From Alphaproteobacteria bacterium (GTDB lineage: Bacteria > Pseudomonadota > Alphaproteobacteria > Bin95): a stretch of DNA of 64,000 nucleotides. Below are positions 19,786-30,383 of this stretch, piece by piece; positions within the stretch are counted from its first letter, which is position 1; every line of letters starts with the position of its first letter. The notes beneath the pieces were generated by a model. That model was not told where the DNA came from. It worked only from the letters and a program-made list of their open reading frames with translations, and did no database searches. The stretch is from contig OZ244041.1 in NCBI GenBank assembly GCA_965215305.1, positions 1,257,689 to 1,321,688 on the forward strand. The letters are read 5' to 3'. Made by a program: the position numbers and the translations under genes.

Positions 19786-20910
19786 TCAGACCTTGCCGGC
19801 GGCGGCGGGGTAGTCGTTTATGCCGAGCGTGCCCCGGAAATCCGCGGAGAGGCGGGCCTTCTCGTCCTCCAGCGGGATGCCGGTCGCATCGGCGATGCGG
19901 ACGACGGCGTTGAAGATGGCGAGCACGCCAGCCGCATCAACCAGCGCTTCGCTGCCGACCTCGTCATGCAGCCGGCTTCGCGCTGCGGCGAAATCCGCGC
20001 GGCCGTCCTCGAAGAAGGCGTCGGCGTAGCGGGCGAGCGCCTCTCCCGCCGCGACGCCGCCGTCTGCCGCGTCCTCGGCAACCATCGCCGCAAGGTCGTA
20101 GTCGTCGCCTGTGTGTCGGCCGCTCCCACGGAGCAGCACCGCATGGCTGGTGGTTCAATAGACGCAGTGATTGATCGCGGACACTCGCCCCGCCAGGAAC
20201 TCGATCTGGGCATGGGTGAGCGCGCGGTATTCGGTGCCGAAATCCCTGAGTTGCGCATCCGGCAGGTAATGCACGGAGTCCATGTCGAAGAACCCGGTGA
20301 CTTCCGCCGGCACGAGCGAGAGCGCGCGGTGGATGTTCACGGCGGCGAGCCCCTCATACATGCCGGCTTCCGCGTCCGTCAGGTCCTCCGGCGCCACGGT
20401 CGGGACCCAGGCGAGTCCTTCCTTCGCGCCGGCCGGCCGGCGCCGGCGCGGCGTGCCGGGAAGCGGCGCGGGCAGGCTGTGGCGCGGCAGGCCCATGGCG
20501 TCGCAGAAGCTGTCCACGGCGATGACCGTCGCCATGACGCCCACGGTCTCGACATATTCCACATCGCTCAGGCCCCCCGCCAGCGCCTCCTCGTAGAAGC
20601 GGCGGGTGAGCCGCCCGGGATCGGTGCGGATGCGGTGGATGACCTCCACCAGCGCGTCAGGCAGGTCCGTCATCGTCTCATGTGCGCCGGTCACGGTGTA
20701 GGGCGAGAGCGCCGCTTGGCGCTCGCGGCAGATGCCGCAAGACTCGGCGGCGCGGGTCTCCTCCGCGATGGCGATGCGCACCGCGCCCGGCCACCACTCG
20801 CCCGGCGCCGCCAGCCGAGCCCAGGCGCGCTGCTGGGCGGCGGCAAGGTCGGCCCGTACCGGCAAGGGGCTCAGGCGATAGTCGAGGACTGCTGCGGATT
20901 CGACGGACAT
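19786..20910 (-). CDS. AhpD/carboxymuconolactone-decarboxylase-family peroxidase-related protein with in-frame TGA (probable selenocysteine) at 20155..20157
   Basis: Two ORFs (20155..20910 and 19786..20139) are in the same frame, separated by a single TGA. Read-through translation gives ...AGRVSAINHCVY-U-TTSHAVLLRGSG..., i.e. the AhpD CxxCxxxH motif with Sec in place of the second Cys. Confidence 0.6.
20119..20137 (-). promoter_or_regulatory. SECIS-like hairpin (8-bp GC-rich stem, GUG-containing apical loop) starting 18 nt 3' of the in-frame UGA
   Basis: mRNA GCUGCUCC-GUG-GGAGCGGC. Spacing and apical GU are compatible with bacterial SECIS elements. Confidence 0.3.
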
Positions 20911-21034
20911 GGATACGCTCCCGCTTGCTGCCGGCCGCAGTCTATCACGGTTGCGCCCGGCGGGACGTCAGGCGCACGAGGAGCGAGCGCCGATTGCGGG
21001 CGACGGTCCGGGGGAGTAGAAGACGGGCGCCCGG

Positions 21035-21111
21035 CGGGGCGTAGCGCAGCCTGGCAGCGCGTCTGCTTTGGGAGCAGAAGGTCGCGAGTTCGAATCTCGC
21101 CGCCCCGACCA
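21035..21111 (+). tRNA. tRNA-Pro (anticodon TGG)
   Basis: Cloverleaf: acceptor CGGGGCG/CGCCCCG, anticodon stem CTGCT/AGCAG with loop TTTGGGA, T-arm GGTCGCGAGTTCGAATCTCGC, discriminator A, encoded CCA. Confidence 0.9.
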
Positions 21112-21120
21112 CTGTCCGCC

Positions 21121-21150
21121 GAAAGAAAAAGGGGCGCCTCTGGGGGCGCC
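21121..21150 (-). terminator. rho-independent terminator of groEL (GGGGCGCC-loop-GGCGCCCC followed by TTTTTCTTT on the minus strand)
   Basis: Hairpin plus U-run lie 33 nt downstream of the groEL stop. Confidence 0.7.
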
Positions 21151-21182
21151 CCGATCCGTGAAGCCGTCGGTGACGGCGCGGA

Positions 21183-22838
<1,656 letters not shown>

Positions 22839-22878
22839 CTACCTCCTTGTCTGAATGCGTTTGCGGGGCGGCGGCGGC

Positions 22879-23175
22879 TCAGGCGGCCTGCTCGATTACG
22901 CCCATAATGTCGGACTCCTTCATGATCAGCAGCTCTTCGCCGTCGATCTTGACCTCGGTGCCCGACCACTTGCCGAACAGCACCCGGTCGCCGGTCTTTA
23001 CGTCGAGCGGCGCGATCTCGCCCTTGTCGTTCTTGGCGCCGGGGCCGGCGGAGATGATCTCCCCTTCCATCGGCTTTTCCTGCGCGGTATCGGGAATGAT
23101 GATGCCGCCGGCGGTCTTCTCTTCCTGCTCGACACGCCGAACGAGCACGCGGTCATGGAGCGGCCTGAATTGCAT
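22879..23175 (-). CDS. groS: co-chaperonin GroES
   Basis: 98 aa [29 protein letters not shown]... ORF trimmed from 23286. Confidence 0.95.
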   Translation of the reverse strand: MQFRPLHDRVLVRRVEQEEKTAGGIIIPDTAQEKPMEGEIISAGPGAKNDKGEIAPLDVKTGDRVLFGKWSGTEVKIDGEELLIMKESDIMGVIEQAA

Positions 23176-23269
23176 GCCTTGCCTCCTGCTGGATTTCTGA
23201 CGAAAACGAGCCCCCGTTCGGGGGTTGAAACGGCAGGTAAGGACTGCGCGCCGGAAGTTCAAGCAGAAA

Positions 23270-23296
23270 TTGGCACTCATACTCACAGAGTGCTAG
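23270..23296. promoter_or_regulatory. CIRCE operator (HrcA binding site) upstream of groES
   Basis: TTGGCACTC-N9-GAGTGCTAG versus consensus TTAGCACTC-N9-GAGTGCTAA. Located about 95 nt upstream of the groES start. Confidence 0.75.
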
Positions 23297-23420
23297 CAAA
23301 TTCACCCGGCGGTTCGGGCTGGGCACTCATCAATCGGGGATTTCGCAAGTGATTTCATCCGGTTATACGGGTTCCTGTCTGTGGCGCGCCATTATTGCAG
23401 GACGGGATGTCGCACCGGCG

Positions 23421-24032
23421 TTACCCGGCGGAGATGCGGAACCGGCGGCTGGCGGGGCTTTCGGGCCAGGCGACGAGGCCGCTGCCCGCCACGCGCTCGC
23501 GCCCGTAAACGAGCCAGGGGTCGTCCACCGCGCCGACAACGGCGTCGATGCGGAACCTGCCGGGATATTGGTCGGCGAGCTCCAGTGCAGTGAGGCCGCT
23601 GTCATATGCGCCGTCGAGAAGGCCCTCGGCGACGCGCATGATCGAGGCCGCGGGCACATGTTCGGGCCAGGCGGAAAGATCCGCATAGCCGCTCGTGGCG
23701 GGCTGCAGCGCGAGGGTTCTCGGCTGCGCGACCTCGGCCCGGGTGAGAATGCCGAGCTCCTTGCTCGGCGAGATGAAGCAATCGACGACGTGGATGCCGT
23801 AGTCGAAATGCGCCTTCGCCACGACGGCGGCGCAATCAGGATGCACCGCGACCTGAACCATGAATTCCGCCTGCCCGGCGCCCATCACCGCCAGGCCTTC
23901 GAAGAAATCGTCGATCAGGATGAGTTCCGCCTCCGCGAGGCCGTGGAAGGCCAGATAATTCCGGGTGACGAGTTCGTGATTGGTCCCGGCAGGACCAAGC
24001 GTGACGAATCGGGGGCCGGCTCTTCGGTTCAT
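23421..24032 (-). CDS. hypothetical protein, weak prephenate-dehydratase-like / periplasmic-binding-like fold
   Basis: 203 aa from MNRRAGPRFVTLGPAGTNHELV. Immediately downstream of and co-oriented with the metal ABC operon. Assignment is tentative. Confidence 0.4.
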   Translation of the reverse strand: MNRRAGPRFVTLGPAGTNHELVTRNYLAFHGLAEAELILIDDFFEGLAVMGAGQAEFMVQVAVHPDCAAVVAKAHFDYGIHVVDCFISPSKELGILTRAEVAQPRTLALQPATSGYADLSAWPEHVPAASIMRVAEGLLDGAYDSGLTALELADQYPGRFRIDAVVGAVDDPWLVYGRERVAGSGLVAWPESPASRRFRISAG

Positions 24033-24048
24033 CTGCGAAGTTTCCGTT

Positions 24049-24958
24049 TCAGGCCCCGGCGAGGCTTGCGGCGCGCGGGCCGGCGGGGGAGCGTCGGCGG
24101 CCGGCAAGAGCGGCGGCCGCGACGACGAGGCCGGAGACAGTGGCAATGCAGCCGGCGGCGTTGAGCGACCAGGAGGCGCCGAACAGCGCAGGTGCGAAGC
24201 CGGCAAGACCGTAGCCGGCAAAGGCGGAGCCCACGCCGAGCGCCACGCTCAGCAGGATTTGCGTGCGGTAGTCGTCCGTCATGAGGCGCGCAGCGGCCGG
24301 CGGGCAGACAAGCATGGCGATCACGAGGATCGAGCCGACCGCCTCGAAGGAGGCGATAGCGGCCGCCGCCACGAACAGCACGAGGCCCAGATGGATGAGG
24401 CCCGGCCGGAAACCGAGCGCCGCGGCGAAGGCGGGATCGAATATGGCAAGCCGGACTTCCTTCGCCAGCAGAAGGACCGCTGCGACCGCTGCGGCAAGGA
24501 CGGCGGCAAGCGTCCAGATTTCGCGCGGCAACGCGCCTATGTCCGGCGCATCGAGCCAGAGGATGTCCTCCAGCTGGCCGTACAGCACGCAATCGGCGTC
24601 GATATGCAGGTTCTGCGCTGCCGCCTGCTCCAGCATGAAGACGCCGGCCGCGAACATGATGGTGAAGACCGCGCCCATGGCGGCGCCTGGTTCAATGCGC
24701 CCGAGGCGGCGCACGATCTGGATGGCGCCCGCCGCGACGAGCGCAGCGACGAGCGCGCCGGCGAGCATGGCCGGCGCGGCAAGGGCGCCCGCCAGCATGA
24801 AGCCGCCGACAATGCCTGGCAGCACGGCATGGGCGATGGCGTCGCCAAGCAGGCTCTCGCGCCTCAGCACCAGGAAATTGCCGAGCAGCGCGCACAGGCC
24901 CGAGGCGAGGCCGGCCGCCATGAGCGCCGGGAAATCCACCTGCCAGAAGAGGCTCACC
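24049..24958 (-). CDS. metal (Mn/Fe/Zn) ABC transporter permease, ABC-3 family (SitD/MntD-like)
   Basis: Polytopic membrane protein. GTG start overlaps the upstream permease stop (GTGA). Confidence 0.8.
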
Positions 24959-26108
24959 GGCTGCGCTCTCCAAGCAGCGTCAGCGCGTCCGGCGGTAACG
25001 GGTCGATGCCCCATGCGAGCCCGGCCGGCAGTGCCTCGGGCGCTTCGGCAAGGCAGCGGTCCCAGAGTTCGAGCCGGGCAACCGCCGCGGCGCCCCTGGC
25101 GGTGGGCCCGCCCGCCCGCCGCCAGCCGAACAGGCCGGCGCCCGGATAGCCGCGCCCGGCCTGGAGCGCCCTTGCGGCGCGCAATCGCCAGCCGGCGCGT
25201 ACCCGGCGGACAGCCTCCGCGACAAGGCCGCGGCGCGGCGCAGCCAGCAGGCTCGCCGCGAACACGAGTCCCAGCGCCAGCACGATGGAGGCCCCGGTTG
25301 GCGCATGCGGCCAGACGGAAGAGGCGGCCGCGCCCAGGAACGCGCCGCCTGCACCGAAGGCGACCGACAGCCGGAAAATGCCCGTGAGCCGCTCCGACCA
25401 GAACCGCGCCGCAACCGCCGGCAGGATCAGCAGCGCCACCACCAGAACAAGCCCGACCGTCTGGAGGCCGAGCACGGTGACCAGCACGCCAAGACCGAGC
25501 AGCGCCGCATCCAGCCGCGCGGCGGGCCAGCCGCCGGCGCGCGCATGCTGCTCGTCGAAGCAGAGCATGCCGAGCGGTCGGAATAAAGCGAGCAACACGC
25601 CAAGCACCAGCAGTGCCGCCACGGCCAGCCCGACGGCTTCCGCAGCCGAAAGCGCGGCAGCCTGGCCCAGAATAAAGCTTTCGAGGCCGCCCTGGCCGCC
25701 TTCCGGCAAGGTCTGCACCCAGGACAGCAGCACGATGCCAATGGCGTAAAATACGCTGAGCGCAATCGCAATGGCGGCGTCCGGGGCGAGGCGGGTGTAG
25801 CGGGTAAGCGCCTCGACGGCCGCCATGCCGAGAACGCCGGTCACGGCCGCCCCGGCGAGTAGTGCGGGCAGGGCGCGGCCCTCGGCTCCCAGCGCGCCGG
25901 CGATGACGAAGGCGAGCGCGATGCCAGGCAGCGTCGCATGGCCGATGGCATCGGCCGCCATCGCCCGCGCGCGCAGGAAGAGGAAGGCCCCGACGCCGCC
26001 GGCAGCCGCTCCCAGCGCCGCTGCGCCCGCCATGACCACCCCGGTGTTGTAGCCGGCCCGGAAGGTCAGCGCCTGAACCAACGCCTCCGCCAGGCCCTCG
26101 CCGGGCAT
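24954..26108 (-). CDS. metal ABC transporter permease, ABC-3 family (SitC/MntC-like) with about 90-aa Arg/Ala-rich C-terminal extension
   Basis: 384 aa versus about 290 typical. N-terminal 290 aa is a conserved ABC-3 permease. Confidence 0.8.
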   Translation of the reverse strand: MPGEGLAEALVQALTFRAGYNTGVVMAGAAALGAAAGGVGAFLFLRARAMAADAIGHATLPGIALAFVIAGALGAEGRALPALLAGAAVTGVLGMAAVEALTRYTRLAPDAAIAIALSVFYAIGIVLLSWVQTLPEGGQGGLESFILGQAAALSAAEAVGLAVAALLVLGVLLALFRPLGMLCFDEQHARAGGWPAARLDAALLGLGVLVTVLGLQTVGLVLVVALLILPAVAARFWSERLTGIFRLSVAFGAGGAFLGAAASSVWPHAPTGASIVLALGLVFAASLLAAPRRGLVAEAVRRVRAGWRLRAARALQAGRGYPGAGLFGWRRAGGPTARGAAAVARLELWDRCLAEAPEALPAGLAWGIDPLPPDALTLLGERSR

Positions 26109-26110
26109 GC

Positions 26111-26866
26111 CTACGCCGCCACGGCGTGCGGCTTCAGTCCGGAAGCGTCATAAGCGCGCCGGAGGGTTTCCTCGCCGAGAACCTCGCCCGGAGGACCGCT
26201 GGCGATGGCCACGGCATTCAGCACCGTCACATGGTCGAAATAGGCGGCAACCGTGCCCAGGTCGTGGTGGATGCAGGCGACGTGCCGCCCCTCGCCTTCG
26301 AGCCGGGCCAGCGCGTCGAGTATCGCGGCCTCCGACGCGACGTCGATGCCTGAGAAGGGCTCGTCCAGCAACAGCAGGTCGGCCTCCTGGGCGAGCGCGC
26401 GGGCGAGGAAGACGCGCTGCTGCTGGCCGCCCGACAGCCGCCCGATCTGGCGGTGGCGGAACTCGGCGAGCCCGACGCGCTCCAGCGCGCTGTCTGCGGC
26501 TTCCAGCTGGCGGTTCGAGAGGCGACGGAACCAGCCGACCCGGCCGTACAGGCCCATGGCTGCGACATCGCGGGCGGTAACCGGGAAGTCCCAGTCCACG
26601 CTGTTGCGCTGCGGCATGTAGGCGATGCGTCGGCGGACCCGCGCCACCGGTTCGCCCAGCAGGCGTACCTCGCCCGTGAGCGCGGGGACGAGGCCCAGCG
26701 CCGCCTTGAACAGGGTGGACTTGCCGGCCCCGTTCGGCCCGACGACGGCCGACATGCCGCGCGCCGGCAGGCGGATATCGACATTCCAGAGCACGGGCCG
26801 GCCGCCGAGCGCGACGGTGAGCCCGCTTGCCTCGAAAGGCGAGGGAGCCGGCTTACCGGTGGTCAT
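26111..26866 (-). CDS. metal ABC transporter ATP-binding protein (SitB/MntB/ZnuC-like)
   Basis: Trimmed to MTTGKPAPSPFEASGLTV. Walker A GPNGAGKST and signature LSGGQQQR. Confidence 0.85.
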   Translation of the reverse strand: MTTGKPAPSPFEASGLTVALGGRPVLWNVDIRLPARGMSAVVGPNGAGKSTLFKAALGLVPALTGEVRLLGEPVARVRRRIAYMPQRNSVDWDFPVTARDVAAMGLYGRVGWFRRLSNRQLEAADSALERVGLAEFRHRQIGRLSGGQQQRVFLARALAQEADLLLLDEPFSGIDVASEAAILDALARLEGEGRHVACIHHDLGTVAAYFDHVTVLNAVAIASGPPGEVLGEETLRRAYDASGLKPHAVAA

Positions 26867-27749
26867 GGGCTGTGAGCTTTCCCTGCATGCCGCGCACCGG
26901 CGCGCGGCCGCCAAGCGCGCGCGCGATGGTGGTGACATTGTGGTCGATCATGCCGACATAGGTTCCCTCATAAGTGCCTTCCGGCCCCATGGCGTCGGAG
27001 AACAGCTGCCCGCCGACAACGACCCGGTGGCCGCGCGCCGCCGCGCCCTCGACGATGGCGCGGACATTGCGTTCGGAGACGGTGGACTCGACGAAAACGG
27101 CGGGCAGCTTGCGCGCAACGACGGTTTCAACCACAGCCTCGATGGCGCGGAGGCCTGCCTCGGACTCGGTGTTAACGCCCTGAATGCCCACAACCTCCAG
27201 CCCGTAACGGCGGCCGAAATAGGCAAATGCGTCATGCGCGGTGACCAGCATGCGCGCTCGCGCCGGGATGCTGGCGATGCTGGCATGCGCATAGGCGTCG
27301 AGCCGCTCGAAGCCCTTCGGCGCAGGCACGCCGAGCTGTTCGGCTGCGGTCCCCAGCGCCTCCGCCCAGAGTGCGGGGTCCATCCAGAGATGCGGGTCGG
27401 CGGCGCCCGCATAGCCGGCAGCGGCCTGCAGGCGTTTCGCCGCGGGCGCCGCCTCGCAGACGGCGGTCACGGGCTTGCCCGAGGCAGCCAGGCGCTCGAA
27501 GGCGTCCAGCATCTTCCCTTCCAGGCCAAGCCCGCAATAGAGGAGATGCGGGGCCTCGATCAGCCTTGCGATGTCGGCGCGCGTCAGCTTGTAGAGATGC
27601 GGGTCCACACCGGGGCCCATCAGGCTTTCAACGCCCAGCGGCTCCGCGATCATGGCGATCGTGGCGACCGGCCCCCGGTCTATCGCCGCGGAAACAGGCG
27701 GCGCGGCAAGGGCCGGCAGGACGAGAAGCAATGCCAAAAGCCTGCGCAT
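26853..27749 (-). CDS. metal ABC transporter substrate-binding protein, TroA/ZnuA/MntC superfamily (SitA-like)
   Basis: Signal peptide MRRLLALLLVLPALAAPPVSAA. DPHLWMDP metal-site motif. Confidence 0.8.
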   Translation of the reverse strand: MRRLLALLLVLPALAAPPVSAAIDRGPVATIAMIAEPLGVESLMGPGVDPHLYKLTRADIARLIEAPHLLYCGLGLEGKMLDAFERLAASGKPVTAVCEAAPAAKRLQAAAGYAGAADPHLWMDPALWAEALGTAAEQLGVPAPKGFERLDAYAHASIASIPARARMLVTAHDAFAYFGRRYGLEVVGIQGVNTESEAGLRAIEAVVETVVARKLPAVFVESTVSERNVRAIVEGAAARGHRVVVGGQLFSDAMGPEGTYEGTYVGMIDHNVTTIARALGGRAPVRGMQGKLTAHDHR

Positions 27750-27901
27750 GGCAACGCTAATTGGCACGGTTAAGCCCTGACGGCAATCTCTCGCCCGGAC
27801 ATAAATCTGCATACAAGGCAGAAAAATAAAGCCAAGGCTTCATTCTTGCCTTCGCCGCCGCCTGGAGGCATGTTTCCGCCGCCCGAGAGGAGGAGCGCCC
27901 G

Positions 27902-28912
27902 ATGACCGAGAACCGCCAGATTGTCCTGAAGAGCCGGCCTGCCGGCCTGCCGACGCCCGAGAATTTCGCCCTGGAGCGCGCGCCCATGCCGGTTGTCGGC
28001 GATGGCGAGATGCTGGTGCGCACGCTCTGGATGTCGGTCGACCCCTATATCCGCGGGCGCATCAGCGACCGGAAGAGCTATGCGCCGCCCTTCCAGATCG
28101 GCGAGCCGCTGGACGGCTATTTCGTCGGGCGCGTGGAGGAATCGAAGGGCGGGCGCTTCCCGGCAGGCACCCATGTATTCGGTACAGGCGGCGGCTGGCG
28201 GGATTACCACGCGGCGGACGGCAAGGCGCTCCGGGCGGTCGATCCCGACATCGCGCCGCTCCAGGCCAATATCGGCGTGCTCGGCATGCCCGGCCAGACG
28301 GCCTATGTGGGCCTGCTCGACATCGGCCAGCCGAAAGCGGGCGAGACGGTATTCGTCTCCGCGGCCTCAGGCGCGGTCGGCGCGGTTGTCTGCCAGATCG
28401 CGAAGCTGAAAGGCTGCCGGGTCGTCGGCTCCGCCGGCTCGGACGAGAAATGCGCCTGGCTCAGCGACGAAGCCGGGGTGGATGCTGCGATCAACTACAA
28501 GACCTGCGGGGACCTCGAGGCCGCGCTTGCCGATGCCTGCCCGGACGGCATCGACGTCTATTTCGAGAATGTGGGCGGCGCGCATCTGCAGGCCGCGCTC
28601 TCGCAGATGAACTTCTTCGGCCGCATCGTCGCCTGCGGCATGATCGCGGGCTACAATGACAGTGCGCCGAGGCCGGGCCCGAACAACCTGTTCCTGGTCG
28701 TCGGACGGCGCATCCGCATGCAGGGCTTCATCGTCTCCGACCACCGCGAGCGCACCGACGCCTTCCTCTCGGATGTCGGCAGCTGGATTCGCGAGGGCAG
28801 GCTCCGCTGGCGCGAGACCGTGGTGGACGGCCTGGAATCCGCCCCCGGCGCCTTTATCGGCCTCTTCCACGGCGACAATTTCGGCAAGATGTGCGTCAAG
28901 GTGGCGGATTAG
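27902..28912 (+). CDS. NADP-dependent oxidoreductase, MDR superfamily (CurA/YncB/LTB4 12-HD-like)
   Basis: 336 aa. GAASGAVGAVVCQIAKLKG Rossmann motif. GAGGAGGAG RBS. Confidence 0.85.
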   Translation: MTENRQIVLKSRPAGLPTPENFALERAPMPVVGDGEMLVRTLWMSVDPYIRGRISDRKSYAPPFQIGEPLDGYFVGRVEESKGGRFPAGTHVFGTGGGWRDYHAADGKALRAVDPDIAPLQANIGVLGMPGQTAYVGLLDIGQPKAGETVFVSAASGAVGAVVCQIAKLKGCRVVGSAGSDEKCAWLSDEAGVDAAINYKTCGDLEAALADACPDGIDVYFENVGGAHLQAALSQMNFFGRIVACGMIAGYNDSAPRPGPNNLFLVVGRRIRMQGFIVSDHRERTDAFLSDVGSWIREGRLRWRETVVDGLESAPGAFIGLFHGDNFGKMCVKVAD

Positions 28913-29097
28913 GGGCGGGAGCCATACGGTTTTCGCGCCAATGCGAAAATCGGAACCCCTACCGCGGAACGCTGAAGAGCTTGGAAGACTTGGCGGCATT
29001 GCGTATCGCCGAACAGTGTCTGCGCGCCTGTCGCAGCGGCAAGGAAGACACGGTGCCGCTGGATGAGGTGATGCGGTGCCATGGCATGGAAGATTGA
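28891..29097 (+). pseudogene. N-terminally truncated antitoxin remnant (C-terminal ...LKSLEDLAALRIAEQCLRACRSGKEDTVPLDEVMRCHG)
   Basis: Its C-terminal region resembles the toxin-interaction tail of RHH/Phd-type antitoxins. There is no room for a DNA-binding N-domain because the upstream MDR gene ends at 28912. Stop overlaps the start of the toxin remnant. Confidence 0.35.
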
Positions 29098-29257
29098 GTT
29101 TCTCAGGTCTGCCGAACGCGATCTGAACAGGCTGGATCGACCGGTCAGGCGACGCATTCTTTCATTCCTGCATGGCCGCCTCGCGTCGATGGACAACGCC
29201 GTGCGAATTCTTGTCGTGCGGATCGACCATCGTCGAGACGTCTATCGGTTGCTCTGA
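29081..29257 (+). pseudogene. RelE/ParE-family toxin remnant with internal in-frame deletion (58 aa)
   Basis: MAWKIEFLRSAERDLNRLDRPVRRRILSFL...NAVRILVVRIDHRRDVYRLL. N- and C-terminal RelE/ParE blocks are present, but the central roughly 30 residues are missing. Below the 60-aa ORF-track cutoff. Confidence 0.5.
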
Positions 29258-29314
29258 GACTTTCTTCGACAGCACCTCGTCCCGCTGCTACCGTTTGCGG
29301 GGAGGATCGGAGCG

Positions 29315-30343
29315 TTGAAAACCGTCTATACCCCGGCGCATGAGCGCCACCAGCCGCCAACCATCCTGACGCGCGGCGTGCAAGTGCCGCATTGGGAAGT
29401 GGCCGCGCGCGCAGCGCAATTGCTGGCAGCGGTCAGGGCCGACGGGCATGAGGTCGTCGAGCCGCCGGATTACGGGCGCGCGCCGCGGGCCGCCGTCCAC
29501 GATCCGGGCTATCTCGTCTTCCTGGAGAGCGCCTGGGTCCGCTGGCAGAAGCTCCCCGCCCCGACGCCGGCGGTGCAGCCCTACGCCCATCCGGGCCGCC
29601 ACATGCACGGGCGCCCGAGCGGCATAGAAGGCCAGGCGGGCTATTACATGGCGACCGGCAGCGCCCCCATCGTGGAGGGAAGCTGGGAGGCTGCGACCGC
29701 CGCTGCCGATGCCGCCACACATGCCGCCCGCCTCGTGCTGGACGGCGAGGACGCCGCCTATGCGCTCTGCCGCCCGCCCGGCCACCACGCCTTTTCCGAC
29801 CTCGCCGGCGGCTTCTGCTACCTGAACAATATCGCCATCGCCGCGGAATATATGCGCCGCGTTCTCAGCCGCGTCGCGATCCTCGATTTCGACGTCCATC
29901 ACGGCAACGGCACGCAGGACATCTTCTACCGCCGCCGCGATGTGCTGTTCGTCTCGCTGCATGGCGACCCGGCCAACTATTTCCCCTTCTTCGCCGGCTA
30001 TGCGAACGAGGTCGGCGAGGGCGACGGGCGCGGCTACAACCTCAACCTACCGCTCGCCCCGGGCGCGGATGACGCGGCATTCCTCGCTGCGCTCGACCGG
30101 GCGCTGGAGGCCGTCCGCCATTTCGCGCCGGACGCGCTGCTCGTCTCCACCGGCTTCGACGCCTTCGAGGCCGATCCCATCGGCCTGCTGCGCGTGACCA
30201 CGCCCGGCTTCGGCGAGATCGGCCGGCGGATTGGCGCGCTCGGCCTGCCGACCGTGCTGGTGCAGGAGGGCGGCTACAATATCGAGGCGCTCGGCGCTAA
30301 TCTCTCCGCGTTCCTCGGGGGCTTCGCCGGGGCGCGCGGGTGA
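29315..30343 (+). CDS. histone deacetylase-family protein (acetoin utilisation AcuC / acetylpolyamine amidohydrolase-like)
   Basis: TTG start with strong GGGGAGGA RBS. HDAC motifs CRPPGHHA and DFDVHHGNGTQ. Confidence 0.8.
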   Translation: MKTVYTPAHERHQPPTILTRGVQVPHWEVAARAAQLLAAVRADGHEVVEPPDYGRAPRAAVHDPGYLVFLESAWVRWQKLPAPTPAVQPYAHPGRHMHGRPSGIEGQAGYYMATGSAPIVEGSWEAATAAADAATHAARLVLDGEDAAYALCRPPGHHAFSDLAGGFCYLNNIAIAAEYMRRVLSRVAILDFDVHHGNGTQDIFYRRRDVLFVSLHGDPANYFPFFAGYANEVGEGDGRGYNLNLPLAPGADDAAFLAALDRALEAVRHFAPDALLVSTGFDAFEADPIGLLRVTTPGFGEIGRRIGALGLPTVLVQEGGYNIEALGANLSAFLGGFAGARG

Positions 30344-30383
30344 AGGGCCGGGCCCGCCGCCCGCCCCGCCCGGACATCCGCGG

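Noticed and set aside
20155-20157. Interpreting the in-frame TGA in the AhpD-like gene as a simple inactivating nonsense mutation
   Set aside because: Not fully excluded. It is considered less likely because the TGA falls exactly on the catalytic Cys of CxxCxxxH, the downstream 117 codons remain open and family-like, and a SECIS-compatible hairpin follows at the appropriate distance.
24954-25230. SitC C-terminal extension as a fused regulatory (DtxR-like) domain
   Set aside because: The tail is Arg/Ala/Gly-rich low complexity with no helix-turn-helix or metal-site pattern. It is probably a disordered tail or a slightly late stop.
27806-27822. Inverted repeat TCTGCATACAAGGCAGA upstream of sitA as a possible Mur/Fur/MntR operator
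   Set aside because: It does not match any metalloregulator consensus I can recall with confidence, so it is left as an observation only.
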